A stretch of DNA of 62,345 bases, filler included, from Pirum gemmata (GCA_002812295.1; 16 parts of 16 records of this genome joined end to end with filler, not necessarily neighbours in it), one strand, 5' to 3'; shown: positions 38,102 to 50,870, counted from the whole stretch's first letter. Numbers and translations: made by a program. The notes: generated by a model from the sequence alone, not told the origin.

Positions 38102-39756
38102 TTTTGTTACCAGTAACTTTTTGTTAGCCACAAAAAAAATTGCTAAAAATTGACAAAAATTCTCTTCAAATATTTTATTATAATTTCATTGGATACTTTG
38201 GTATAGCTGACTATTGATTATTAGCCTGTGAGACCTAGCTGTATACCTAAATTTGTCTAAACTTGTAGGCCCCTGTTAGCGTACTCTAGGTAGCACCCGA
38301 CCCCCGTCTAGACCCTCACTGAGACCTGGGGGGAGGGGGGTGATAGTTCAGACTGCCCTTAGGAGCAGTGGGTTAGTGGCTGGTACTGGCTGCAGTGGTG
38401 GGAGAAAGGCTTTGCTTCTGCTTCACTTAATTTAGGGTTAGTGGACGGTTATTAATTAAGTCGGCTACGACGGCTAGTAAAGTTAGCCCCTATCGGTTAC
38501 CCCATTGGTCTAAAGTCTATAGTTTTATTAAAATATTATAGCTACTGTAGTTTGTAGAAGCCTATTTCATTGCAATAGAACTATAGCTGAACCATAGTCT
38601 ATGATTATCATTTATGTAAGAGAGTGTTCGAATAATACGTCACGTCAAAGGGTAGGTACGTAGGTGGTATTTGATCGGAAATTAACGTCGAGGGGTAGGT
38701 AGGTAGGGGTATTTGAAGCTGTTGAACGCTCCCTAATTATGCATGATTTCTCCTGGAATATTATATTTAGGTCTAGTTTGTCTAGGATAGCTTGGAATAG
38801 GGTTAGGGTTAGAGTTGGGGGTTGGGTTAGTGATAGGGTTGGGTTGGGTTAGTGATAGGGTTGGGGTTGGTAATAATATAGCTTTTATTAAAAGTCCATT
38901 TTGAATTCGAAATAAGCAAATTATATTAACATATTTATTATAATGTTCATGATTTACGAAATTCAATGTTTACGGTAATAGTGTAATTGCTGCTATATGA
39001 TTTTAGTTTGTGGGTGGTGTAGATAGGCCTCGCGATTACATTCATATGATTTTAAAAAAATAAAATATATAATATTACAAATGATAATAAAAGTATTAAT
39101 AGTGGGGTTAGAGTTAGGGTTAGGGTTAGGGTTAGGGTTGTTGGATAGCGCTGTAGGGTTAGCTATAGGGTTAGGGTTAGGGTTAGAGTTAGGGTTAGAT
39201 ATAAGGTTAAATTTGTTGGGTTTAATAGTTTATTTTCCTATGGTGGACGCAACTTATACATAACAGTATCTGCCCCCTTCTTTGTTGGGGCATATCTCGG
39301 CCCCCAGTATACCTATCGAAATTTTAAACGTATAAATCCCTTCAGCAGAAAAAAAAAATGTGTACAACGAACCTACAAAAATTTACCATTTTTTTCACAA
39401 AATTAATTAGACAAGTATCGGGCCAACACCTCGTATGATGATGAAACTTGGTGGAAATAATCCTTTTGATAAAAAAACAAGATTCGTAAAAGAAAAAATT
39501 AAAAAAATATATTTTTTCCTAGTTTTTTTAGCAAATTATTTTTTCAGTTAAAAAAAAATTTGAAACATCTTTTTTCAGCCTAGATTGTCCATATAGGCAT
39601 TCAGATTCCAATTTAGGTACCCCAGATTCCAATCTGGATATATATATATATATAATNNNNNNNNNNNNNNNNNNNNNNNNNNNNNNNNNNNNNNNNNNNN
39701 TTAATTAATTAANNNNNNNNNNNNNNNNNNNNNNNNNNNNNNNNNNNNNNNNNNNN

Positions 39757-39787
<31 letters not shown>

Positions 39788-39839
39788 CAAAAATAAATAT
39801 AATAAAAACCTAGTAATAAAAACTACTAACAACAACACC

Positions 39840-41930
39840 ATGTTTCGATTTGGTGAATCTGTTTCAACAGATCAGTTGAAGACGGACTCTTGTGATGACA
39901 TGTCCTCGTCCAGCTACGGCTTTGACGTTAATGATTCCACGGATGCCCTGCCTGGAGTAGATCAACAACACAATTTCCCTCAATTTGAAACTATTGAAAC
40001 TCCTGAACTTCCCCAAAAAACTCCAGAAAAGAAAACTCCCGTTGCTCAAATAAAGGAAAAACTAAGTAAACATTGGAAAATTGTGGCTATTGTCGGTGGT
40101 ATTGTGCTTGTAGCTTTGATTTTAGGGATTGGTATTGGTGTTGGGGTTAGGAATAACCGCAATAACAATAACAATAATATTAGTCCAATTAATCAAAACG
40201 AGACTGTTGTGGTTAAGGATAGTGGTAGTGATGTTCAAAAACAACCTGTAGCGAGTTCCAAAGCGGGCTCAACATCAACAACAGCAGCACCAACACCTTC
40301 TTCATCAAGTTCCACACCCAGTCATAAAGTAGTCGTACATGATCCAAGGTGTCCTACAACTTGTCACTACAACGCCTTTTGTGACCATAAAGCCAATCAA
40401 TGTAAATGTAAAGGGGATTTAAATGGTGATGGTATCAACAATTGTGAATGTCCAGCTAACAAAAAATACGACGAACTTACTGATAAATGTATTTCCACGC
40501 TGATATGTCCAAAGTGTCATAAAGATGCTATTTGTGATCAAGCTACTGCACAATGTATGTGCCAAGGAGATTTAGAAGGTGATGGTACTAGTACTTGTGC
40601 CTGCGAACCGAATGAAGTTCGTATCGGAAACACGATCTATTGTAAACAACAATGCCCTAGCTGTCACCGTGACGCTTATTGTGACGCTTCAACCTCTTAT
40701 CGTTGTGAATGTATTGGAGATTTACAAGGTAATGGGATTGATACTTGTAAATGTGCAGTTGGCAAACTTCGGCATCCCAATGGTCATAGATGCAAGGATA
40801 AGCCTAAATGCCCAACTTGCCATCGTGATGCAGAGTGCGATACTGCTTCTGCCACCTGTAAATGTAGAGGTGACTTAAAAGGAAATGGTCTTAGTAGTTG
40901 CGGTTGTGGCCTTGGTTATCGAAGAGTAGGAAATACCTGTGAAGCCAAACCACAATCGCCAGTTTGCCCAACGTGTCATGCAGATGCTTCATGTGACCCG
41001 CAAACAAAAAAATGTGTTTGTGAAGGGGACTTACAAGGGGACGGGATTAATCAGTGCAAGTGTGGTGACCACCAAAAGAAACGCTCGGATTCGTGTGTAA
41101 GCAATAGTGAATTTGATTATGAAATTCCGAGCGACTTTACCCAATCGGTCCGCCTTAGACCCAGTAAAACTAAAAGTCCTTACGAAGTTTTAAGAGCGAG
41201 TCCATGGAATAATGACATAGAGGAAAAAAAAATGAGAAGCTCGTCTCAGAAATCGCACCTTGAAAAAGTTGACCACGTGACTTTTAAATATGACAAAACT
41301 TTCGGCAAAGACATTTTGAACTTTCAAATGCACAGAGATTTTAAGAAAGACGGTGATGGTGCTGGTAGTTCAAAGAAAGATCGTCAACGGATTGAAATGA
41401 AAGCGTCCAATCCAAGTTCTGATAGTGTGAAGGCCTACAAAGACGATACTATGATTTACACGTGGTGGTTCAAACTAAACGACGACGTAAGAGCGTCGAC
41501 CAATTTCTTCCATATCATGCAACTCAAAGTAGTAGGCGACAACGTTGAGGGCATGCCCATGTTTACCATATCTCTCGATAGAAAAGGAAATAGTGGCGAG
41601 GATTATTTGTATTGGATTGACTTTAATTCTCCACATGAAATTGATAAATTGAAAAATTTTCGAGGTAAATGGATTCAAGCTTTTATTGAATGCAAGTTCT
41701 CCAAAAAGGGCTACATGAAGTTTGATTTGCGAGATATTAATGGTAACTCGATGATGCCTCAAGGTATGATTCGCAAAAATATGGATAGATGGAGAGATTA
41801 TAGTAAAAAGGGGAAACCTAAATTTGTCCGACCAAAATGGGGTATTTACAGAAGTATTCGTAGCAACCATATGTTTAACGAACAGGATAATTTGAGATTA
41901 TCTGATATTACTATTTACAAAAAACAATAA
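39840..41930 (+). CDS. Type II membrane protein: TM, Ser/Thr stalk, five 8-Cys EGF-like repeats, C-terminal polysaccharide lyase domain (PL28 ulvan-lyase-like)
   Basis: Intact intronless 696-aa ORF. TM IVAIVGGIVLVALILGIGIGVGV; five repeats CPxCHxDAxCD...CxCxGDLxGxG..CxC (40350-41100); lyase motifs DRQRIEMK, YTWWFKL, FFHIMQLK, MPMFT and FVRPKWGIYRS. Confidence 0.85.
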   Translation: MFRFGESVSTDQLKTDSCDDMSSSSYGFDVNDSTDALPGVDQQHNFPQFETIETPELPQKTPEKKTPVAQIKEKLSKHWKIVAIVGGIVLVALILGIGIGVGVRNNRNNNNNNISPINQNETVVVKDSGSDVQKQPVASSKAGSTSTTAAPTPSSSSSTPSHKVVVHDPRCPTTCHYNAFCDHKANQCKCKGDLNGDGINNCECPANKKYDELTDKCISTLICPKCHKDAICDQATAQCMCQGDLEGDGTSTCACEPNEVRIGNTIYCKQQCPSCHRDAYCDASTSYRCECIGDLQGNGIDTCKCAVGKLRHPNGHRCKDKPKCPTCHRDAECDTASATCKCRGDLKGNGLSSCGCGLGYRRVGNTCEAKPQSPVCPTCHADASCDPQTKKCVCEGDLQGDGINQCKCGDHQKKRSDSCVSNSEFDYEIPSDFTQSVRLRPSKTKSPYEVLRASPWNNDIEEKKMRSSSQKSHLEKVDHVTFKYDKTFGKDILNFQMHRDFKKDGDGAGSSKKDRQRIEMKASNPSSDSVKAYKDDTMIYTWWFKLNDDVRASTNFFHIMQLKVVGDNVEGMPMFTISLDRKGNSGEDYLYWIDFNSPHEIDKLKNFRGKWIQAFIECKFSKKGYMKFDLRDINGNSMMPQGMIRKNMDRWRDYSKKGKPKFVRPKWGIYRSIRSNHMFNEQDNLRLSDITIYKKQ

Positions 41931-42473
41931 TAATTATTGAAAATTAATAATAGTAAAAATTATAATAAAAATTAGAACATTGCGTAACAATATAAATATA
42001 GTAATTTTTTTTCATTTATTATTTTTATTTTACTACTTATATTATAATTATAATATATATCATATAATTATTTTTTTTAATTTTTTTTTTGCATTTAATT
42101 AGTTCGATAAATCAATTACTATATTAATACTAGTAGATAACATCGTTCAGTTAATTATTGGATACGAGAGAAAACTAGGTATAGCCATAGCTAGAAAAAG
42201 GGAAGGAAAGAATAATGGAGGAGATATTTCCATCATTACCATCATTATCAATATCATTATCATTATCATTCTAAGAAAAAAATAATGAAAAATTCTCTTT
42301 GAAAAAAAATTCTCTCTACCTCTTTCTTTCTTTCTTTTATAATAATAATAATAATAATAATAACTTAATAATAATAATAATATAATAAGGATGATAAAAA
42401 TAATAATAACAGATAACATCGATATCGTTAAGTTAATTATTGGAATTTAATTAGTTCGATAAAAGAGATGTAA

Positions 42474-43218
42474 TCAATCCTTTTTTACAACGTCAGGAAA
42501 TTTAGTTCTTGCAGGTACAAAATCCATAATTGAATAATTTCGAAGATAAGCAACATTTTGGGTAAACTTCTGATTGGTGCCATGGAAGTCATCTGTCAAT
42601 ATTATTAGTATGATTGTGATGTTAGATGTTTATCATAATTACAATAAAAATTATCATTTTCCTTATCTTTTTCGTACTCCTTATCATTATCATTATCATT
42701 ATCATTACCACTATTATTATTACTATCATTATCATTTTTAACACACAAACCTAAATTTCACATCCAATGATTATTTTTATAATTACTAATATTATTATTA
42801 TCCTTATTATCTTTATTATCCTTATTATCCTTATTATCCTTATCATCATTATCATCATTATCATCATTATCATCATTACCATCATTACCATCATTATTAT
42901 CATTATTATCATTATTATATCATTATTATATCATTACCATAACCATAGCTATAACCATAATCATAACCATAACCATAACCATAACCATTACTATTACTAT
43001 TACCATAATTCTCATCATTCTATCTTATCGTTATGCTTAACATTCTCATCGTCATCGTCATCGTCATTATCATCGTTAAAATCACTACAAAACACAAACG
43101 GATAAACAGATAAACAAATAAACAAATACCTAATACGCCCAATACACCGAAGTTGACATTGAATTTTAGATGATGAAAGTCGTGCGCCTCAGGGCTGGGT
43201 AAAAACGGTAAGTGAAAA

Positions 43219-43219
<1 letters not shown>
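42474..43219 (-). CDS. FAXDC2: Fatty acid hydroxylase/sterol desaturase superfamily protein, FAXDC2-like; last two exons 43219-43130 and 42592-42474 (5' part outside the contig)
   Basis: Spliced translation GFHLPFLPSPEAHDFHHLKFNVNFGVLGVLD/DFHGTNQKFTQNVAYLRNYSIMDFVPARTKFPDVVKKD*. HxxHH His-box and GVLGVLD..HGT as in FAXDC2; phase-1 GT-AG intron. Confidence 0.87.
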
Positions 43220-43253
<34 letters not shown>

Positions 43254-43635
43254 CAAAATTTTCGGTTTTTTTCTCCCCCTTTTTTTTTTTCGTTCAAAAG
43301 TCAAAACCAAGATGTAGTTGCTATATATCCCAAAAAAAACAGAAAAAATTAAAAAAATATCCATAAATAAATAATAAAATTAATAATAATCTAATTCCGT
43401 TATAATATATTATTACTTAGGTGAGTTTTTTTAAAAAAAACAAAACAAAACAAAACAAAACAANNNNNNNNNNNNNNNNNNNNNNNNNNNNNNNNNNNNN
43501 NNNNNNNTTAATTAATTAANNNNNNNNNNNNNNNNNNNNNNNNNNNNNNNNNNNNNNNNNNNNGTTAGGGGTTAGGGTTAGGGTTATGGTTAGGGTTAGG
43601 GTTATGGTTAGGGACTGTTAGGGTTAGGGTTAGAG

Positions 43636-43666
<31 letters not shown>

Positions 43667-46600
43667 GAAAAAAATAATATATAAAATACATCATTTTATG
43701 ATGTATAATTGAATATAGTTTTCCTAGACTTTCTTTTTTTAAAAACGTTCATAATATTATAATATTATCTCCATTGCATTTGTTACTATATATATTATGA
43801 AGATGATTATTAATAAGACAACTACATAGTACATGACTTAATCTTTATACTTATTATAATCATCAAAACAATGGGGATATTATGTGCGTTAAAAGAAAGT
43901 CTAGGGACCAGGGACACCGCCACGGGTTCACAATGATAAAGAAGTCTATAGATGTATTATAAATAATAATATCTTAATTATATTATATATCAGCATCATG
44001 ATTATTATGAAAATATCAGAAAATTTAACTTTCTGGTTTTCCTATCTAAAGCACCAGTTTAACCATCTGATTTGTTTTTTAATCTGGAAAGGTGTCTAGT
44101 TTTTGACTCCCAGGCATTATACATACTATATAGTGATAATGATGATTATGAATTATGAGACATCATAATGAGGTATATGATAATATATAAACTATATATA
44201 ATACAGTCCTCTCAATCTTTAATTTGGTAATGTTTTTTTAAAAATTAATATCTGATTCAAACATGTCTGATAGTTTTTAATTAACCAAAAAAAGTTTACC
44301 AAGGATAGAGAGCTGATAGAGTGGATGTATGTAATAGGATGGATGTCAAATTGTCAAAATTTAATGTCAAAATTAAGAACCAAAGTTTAGATTACTCTTC
44401 ATAACTATTGGATAAAAAAAATTTAAAAAAACCAAAATTTGTAAATGGCCAAATGATAGGGTACTATTATTATTATGGGTTAGGGTTAGGGTTAGGGTTA
44501 GGGTTAGGGTTAGGGTTAGGGTTAGGGTTAGGGTTAGGGTTAGGNTTAATATCTGATTCAAACATGTCTGATAGTTTTTAATTAACCAAAAAAAGTTTAC
44601 CAAGGATAGAGAGCTGATAGAGTGGATGTATGTAATAGGATGGATGTCAAATTGTCAAAATTTAATGTCAAAATTAAGAACCAAAGTTTAGATTACTCTT
44701 CATAACTATTGGATAAAAAAAATTTAAAAAAACCAAAATTTGTAAATGGCCAAATGATAGGGTACTATTATTATTATGGGTTAGGGTTAGGGTTAGGGTT
44801 AGGGTTAGGGTTAGGGTTAGGGTTAGGGTTAGGGTTAGGGTTAGGGTTAAGGTTAGTGCTTTTCATTTATTTTGTCACCCCTGGATATTTGTTTGGAAGG
44901 TTATAACCTTTAATTAAACTGATATTTTTAAAATGAATAAATAGATAATAAAATAATTATAGCAAATTAAATTAAATGGATTGATATTGTAGGGTTTATT
45001 GTATGACAAAACAACTGAAAAGTACTATCTAGAGGGTCTATAGACCTATTATTAATATTAAAAAATTAATTTATTATTGCCAAGCAGGATAAAAATAACT
45101 ATAAAAATTGCGGCCAGCTCAAAAATCCGAAAAATATGCTCCATTTTTTTTATTTTATTTTTTTTTATATCATATCATTATGATACCAAAATTTGAGAAA
45201 TCCTCCAATTAAGAAAGCTCTATTATGAACCAATGGCCAGTTTTTAAACATCATTTGGCTAGTAACGACGTTATAATTAGCATTTTTTAAAAAAAGATTT
45301 TTTAGAAAAGAACACTGTAATAGTTCTCTCTGTAATGTTGAACATAAACGTTATTGTGCGTTTCAGTTGTTTTATTATCATAAAATATACAATAAATAGT
45401 TATTAACTTATTAATTAATATAATATAAAAATGTTAATTTAAAGATTATAATCCTCCAAATAAATATTTAGAGTGACAAAATAAATGAAAAGCACGATAA
45501 TATCATACTATAAAACATCATAGACCAGGAGCTGTACCAGATATAATATATCATCGCGATATATTATATGAATATGGAATGAATTATCTCAAAAATAGAT
45601 TCCCTCTAAAAAAACTTTTTACTAATAATAGTCAAAATAATGCAGATTTGCAGGCCTAACAAAGCAAGCCTGTAAACTATAGATGATCAACTATGATATA
45701 TTATGCCTATATTCAAAAGTACCAGTTTTCGCACAATTATCTGTTTATCGTGCAAAAAGTATATTATTTATTATTTATTATTTATTATTTATTATTTATT
45801 ATTTATTATTTATTATTTATTATTAACTGTTTTTTTACTATATATATATCAAAATATCCTCCACTAGTGTTTTAGTTTTCTTGTTAATTGAGGATATTGA
45901 TTTAAATGTCATAACAAGGACTTCAAAAAAGTTTCTTTTTTGAAGTCCTTGGTCATAATTAAAAAAAAGCAGATAAAAGCCAACCATAATGCACTAATAA
46001 TTCTATTTTTGAAAAATAAATAACTTTTTTATTACTTTCTTTTTCCTTTTTTGGCGATTTTCAGCTCAAAAAGAGCCTCAAATACAATCGTGACTTCCAC
46101 TGATTTCCATACCGGTTTACAAGTGTAATAATAATATTATTAATAATATGACTGTAATATGATACCAGTAACAGTTCGCGGCTAGCTACTACTTCTATCT
46201 AGTAGTTTGCGGCCCTGCGGGAGGTTCGTGGCGCAGTCAAAAAAGCTTTGCGTAGAGGTACGTGAGACATGGGTGTTCAACAAGAAAGCACTTGCTTTAG
46301 AATGGCTTCTATAGATAAATAGATTCTATCGGTAATAATAAAGGAGGAAAACAGGGCTGTTTTTCCTGCTTTTTTTTCTTGAAGTCCTTGGTTATTTATA
46401 TCGATATTATATTTTCGATATATATAAAATATTACACTATAAATATATCATAATAATGATATATCGTGCTTTTCATTTATTTTGTCACTCTAAATATTTA
46501 TTTGGAGGGTTATAATCTTTAAACTGACATTTTTAAACCAATACATAGATAATCAAATATACCTAAATATATCAAATGGATTATATTGTATTTATTTGGT

Positions 46601-48280
46601 ACTATTTATTATATATACCGGTCTTCGAGGTAGTATGACATACCGGTTTGGTCTAAGCAACCTAAAAATGCCCTACTTTTTTTACTAATTAAAAAAAAAA
46701 GTCCCACCTTTTTTCTATGTTCGAAAGCTTCAAATCTATCAAATACTTATTATATTTCTTATATTTGAAAATTTAAAATTTTAATGAAACCCAAAAAGTT
46801 GGACGTTTTTCAATTGTTTGCACCATATTACTTGCTAGGTGCATATTACGAATCGATTTACGACGTATGAAATGAATAGCTGTAATAATCTGTAATATAA
46901 TAATAATCTGCTAGATAATCTGCTGTATTACGTACGCACAGCTTTACCTAGCTAGCTAGCTCAGTTACCTTAGTTACCTAGCTTTATGTAGCGCATATTA
47001 TAGAATTTTTATTAGCCAGTATTTTTTCAATATTTTTTCAAAAAGAATAAACCGCCAGCATAGGCCAGCCTATTGGGCCAGCCTACAATAATTTTTCTTT
47101 TTCTTTTTTTAATTGAAGGCAATTTGAGTGCAATTTGTAATTTGCTCTGCAATTTGCTAGAGACATTTGCATCGGATTGTGCGGTACTCCATTATTGGAT
47201 TATTAATGACCAAAGGATGGAGGGTGAGGAAAATAAACCTATGATTAAACAGCATTATATTACAAAATGATCCTAGGATAATAGTCTCTATAGTCCAAAA
47301 AAAAAAAAAAAAAAAAANNNNNNNNNNNNNNNNNNNNNNNNNNNNNNNNNNNNNNNNNNNNTTAATTAATTAANNNNNNNNNNNNNNNNNNNNNNNNNNN
47401 NNNNNNNNNNNNNNNNNATAAATAAATAAATAAATAAATAAATAAATTATTATAATAATTAATACAACAATTATAAGCAATTATAACAATTATAACAATA
47501 TATATAATGAATAGTATATATTATTATTATATAATATTATTAATACAGTTATTCCAACCAAATTATTTCGACTGATTTGTTGTACTTTTGTTGTTTACAA
47601 ATTTAAAGTACAGTGCTTTTCAGTTGTTTTGTCATTAGAAAGTGTAAAATAAACAGTACCAAATTCATACAATATAAATCCATTTTATTAAATTTGGTAT
47701 ATTTTATTATATATTTATTTATTTAAAAGTATCAGTTTAAATATTATAACCAACCAAATAAATATTCAGAGTTACAAAATAAATGAAAAGTAAAAGCACG
47801 ATAAAAACATCACATCAAGTAGCTATCGATTGCTACCACTTAGTAGGGGAACATTCAAAGAGGACAGCACTTATTCTTTGATAGAAGTCATTGCTCGAAA
47901 GTATGACTTAAACTGTTTTAGGCATTAATTAATTATTAAAANATTAATTATTAAAATGAACTTTAAAATTATGACCAAAAGTGTTTTGGACAAAGAGGCA
48001 TAGGTAACAATAGAATAGTTAGCTAACTATAATCTATCTCACTTTTTTTTCTTTTCTTATTTATCTGCCCAAAGAGGCTTACTACGTAACGCCAATTTCC
48101 GGTCATAAACAGCTTCAAATACTACTACCTACCTACCCCTCAACGTTAATTTCCGGTCAAATACCACCTACCTACCTACCCCTTGACGTGGCGTATTATT
48201 TGTACGCTCCCTCACCCAAAGTGAACTTATTATTATTATTATTAGAGACAAACTTGAAATTTTTTTTGACGTGATTTATT

Positions 48281-48510
48281 AGTAGGGGTGAGATATCTAC
48301 TGGAACTTTTTTCGAACAGATACTTATCGAGCCAACCTTAGTTCCGTGTTTCTTACTAATAATAGCAGTTAAATAGCTTAAAATAGTATATCTAATTATA
48401 GTAGTTACCAATTAAAGTAATAATTTTAACATTAATAGTAATAAACCATAAAATCGGAAAAGTTCCGGCAGCTGTTCGGTAATAATAAATGACGTTATCT
48501 CACCCCTACT
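48281..48510. mobile_element. TA-flanked MITE, family D (~230 bp)
   Basis: TIR AGTAGGGGTGAGAT...ATCTCACCCCTACT. Full inverted copy at 36284-36519; partial copies at 7659-7702 and 54796-54859. Confidence 0.85.
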
Positions 48511-48849
48511 ATTATCAGTCTATTTGACTTAGGGGTATGATTGTAAATTGGGGTTGGGGGGTTGGGGTTGGGGAAGTGTTGGGGACCTTGGGGTAAGGTT
48601 AGGGTTAGGTTTTTGATAGGTTTGGGGTTGGGGTTGCAAAATCGGGGTGTTAGGGTCAGCTGGTTAGGGTAGACGGTATACATAATTATATTAGTTATCG
48701 ATAGAATCATTCTAAAGTGCACGTGGTAGTACGCAAAAGCCCGAAAATTCAACAATACCCCTAAAATCCCTCGAAATTAACAGTTAAATAGGATCGAAAT
48801 AAGACTATTGAGTTTTCGATTAAGAGTATAAAGCTCGAAAAAAGCTCGA

Positions 48850-48887
48850 TAATTAAGACTATTGTGACGTCACAATAGTCTTAATTA
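48850..48887. repeat. Perfect 38-bp palindrome centred on TGACGTCA
   Basis: TAATTAAGACTATTGTGAC|GTCACAATAGTCTTAATTA, with two more TGACGTCA within the next 70 bp. Confidence 0.85.
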
Positions 48888-50129
48888 ACAGCATTATGAC
48901 GTCATAATAGTCATAATAAGAATATTATGGGAAAATAAGACTATTGTGACGTCATTGTATTCATAATTAAGACTTTGGAATATTGAACCCTAACCCTAAC
49001 CCTAACCCTAACCCTAACCCTAACCCTAACCCTAACCCTAACCCTAACCCCTTCAAATCCAACACCAGATAATAATAAAGATGTTTTTTACACAAATAGC
49101 AATAATTATATTATAGTATTGTTTTCATAGGAAATTATATTAATTAACATAACATTATAAAACTATTCTTATTGATATAATATTGTTATTGTTTTTATAA
49201 GTATTATTATTATATTATTGTTGTTATTATACACTAGTACTATTTACAATAATAATTATTTTTCTTTTATGATAATATTATGATATATATATATTTTTTA
49301 TATGTCATTATATAATATTATAATATACGATATTGTCCTGTGGAAGTTTGTAAACAAGGGTGATGTTTTTTTAGTGGCTGAACAACTAATTTATAACCAC
49401 TATTTACATTTTTTTTGAATAATTATTGTTAATATCGTATAAAATGGGATAACAAAAGTAACTACCACGTAAATGTATTAATACATCAATAATAAATTTA
49501 ACAATAATAATAATCATACAAATAATAATCAACATATAATATTACAATAATAATAATAATCAACATAATAATAGTAATAATGTAATATAATAATAATTAA
49601 TAATAATAATATCATACTAATACTGATTATAATATGGTGATAACAATAATAATAACAGAAATTAAGGTGTAATAATAATAATAATATTAATAATAATAAT
49701 TTCGTTAAAAGCAATAAAGGCAAGTATTTTAATTAAAGGATGATAAGTAAAAATAATAAATAATGAAATCTCATCAAGAAGAGAAAAGAAGGAGAAAAAA
49801 AAAAATGCATTTCAAACAAGGACCCATTTTCAAACACTTTCAAGTCACTTTCAACAATATGCACGAAAAAAAAAATACAATAATATTATGTTATTTTATT
49901 AGTTTTTAATTAATTAACACCATATCATATTATATAATATTATATTTATATTTATATTTTTTTTATTTTTTTTTTTAGATACTTTTTACTTATTATCGTA
50001 TTACTTATTATTATTACTTATCATTCTCAAAAAAAGAAAGAAAAGAAAACATTAATAAAATTAATAATTAAATGAAAATTACAAATTTTAGTTTTAATTG
50101 ATCAAATTGAACAAAGAAAAAGCAGAATA

Positions 50130-50870
50130 TTAACGTTCTTTACATTGAGAGTAGTACTGGCTAAACCTAACACAAACCAAAGATCCTTCACAACAAGTCG
50201 GGCTTCCACTTATGCCATCACATCGATCATTCAAGTTCCCGCATAAATCAGAATTGGCAGAATTTGTAGGCCCAGGACGAGCTGTTGGTGATGTTGATGC
50301 AGAACCTTTTTGACAATCAGACCAATATTCATTTTGAAGTTTACAATGGTGTCCTGCAGGACAACAAGTTTGACCCAGGTATTCTACAGAACCTCCGCAT
50401 TGACTTAGATGATTGTTATAGCATGGGGAATTAGAAACAGGTGGTCTGATAGGTTTAACTGGAGGTAGGGTAGCAGCGGAAGATGGGGTAGGGATTAAGG
50501 ATGTAGTAGAAGTACTAGAAGCTGCTATAACTACTACTTCTTCTTCTCTTTTAATAGCACAAGCAATGTCACCTTCGTCTTCGTCATCTTTATCTTCGTC
50601 ATAATTAGCTGTCACACGTGAGAACCAGTTTCTACAAGCACTCTTTCTATCTACATTGGGGTTGTACTCAAAGGCCAAACATTCTTCATCAGCAGTACAT
50701 TCTTTTTTACATTTGCTGTGACTAAGATTAGGAATAATGTAATAATCTTCAAATGGTTCCGCGTCATCGCCATTTTTAAGTTCGCATTTCCCTTGTTTAT
50801 ATGTATATTTTGTTTGCGCATTGGCAGAAATTGCTAAAGAAACACAAATGAAAAGAGTATAGAAAGCCAT
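50130..50870 (-). CDS. Secreted non-catalytic carbohydrate-binding protein: signal peptide, PAN/apple-like domain, S/T/P linker, two CBM1-like modules
   Basis: Signal MAFYTLFICVSLAISANA; PAN-like CKKECTADEECLAFEY...C; CBM1-like SQCGGSVEYLGQTCCPAGHHCKLQNEYWSDC and RCDGISGSPTCCEGSLVCVRFSQYYSQC. Intact 246-aa ORF. Confidence 0.85.
   Translation of the reverse strand: MAFYTLFICVSLAISANAQTKYTYKQGKCELKNGDDAEPFEDYYIIPNLSHSKCKKECTADEECLAFEYNPNVDRKSACRNWFSRVTANYDEDKDDEDEGDIACAIKREEEVVVIAASSTSTTSLIPTPSSAATLPPVKPIRPPVSNSPCYNNHLSQCGGSVEYLGQTCCPAGHHCKLQNEYWSDCQKGSASTSPTARPGPTNSANSDLCGNLNDRCDGISGSPTCCEGSLVCVRFSQYYSQCKER

Noticed and set aside
40350..41100. Repeated CxxCH motifs suggesting a multiheme cytochrome c
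   Set aside because: Each lies in an 8-Cys repeat with the CH.dA.C...CxC.G...G.G..C pattern of disulfide-bonded EGF-like modules on a eukaryotic extracellular stalk. The first copy is CxxxCH.
39840..41930. Lyase ORF as bacterial contamination
   Set aside because: It has a eukaryotic TM and EGF-like stalk, AT-rich microsatellite flanks, and spliced FAXDC2-like exons on the same contig.
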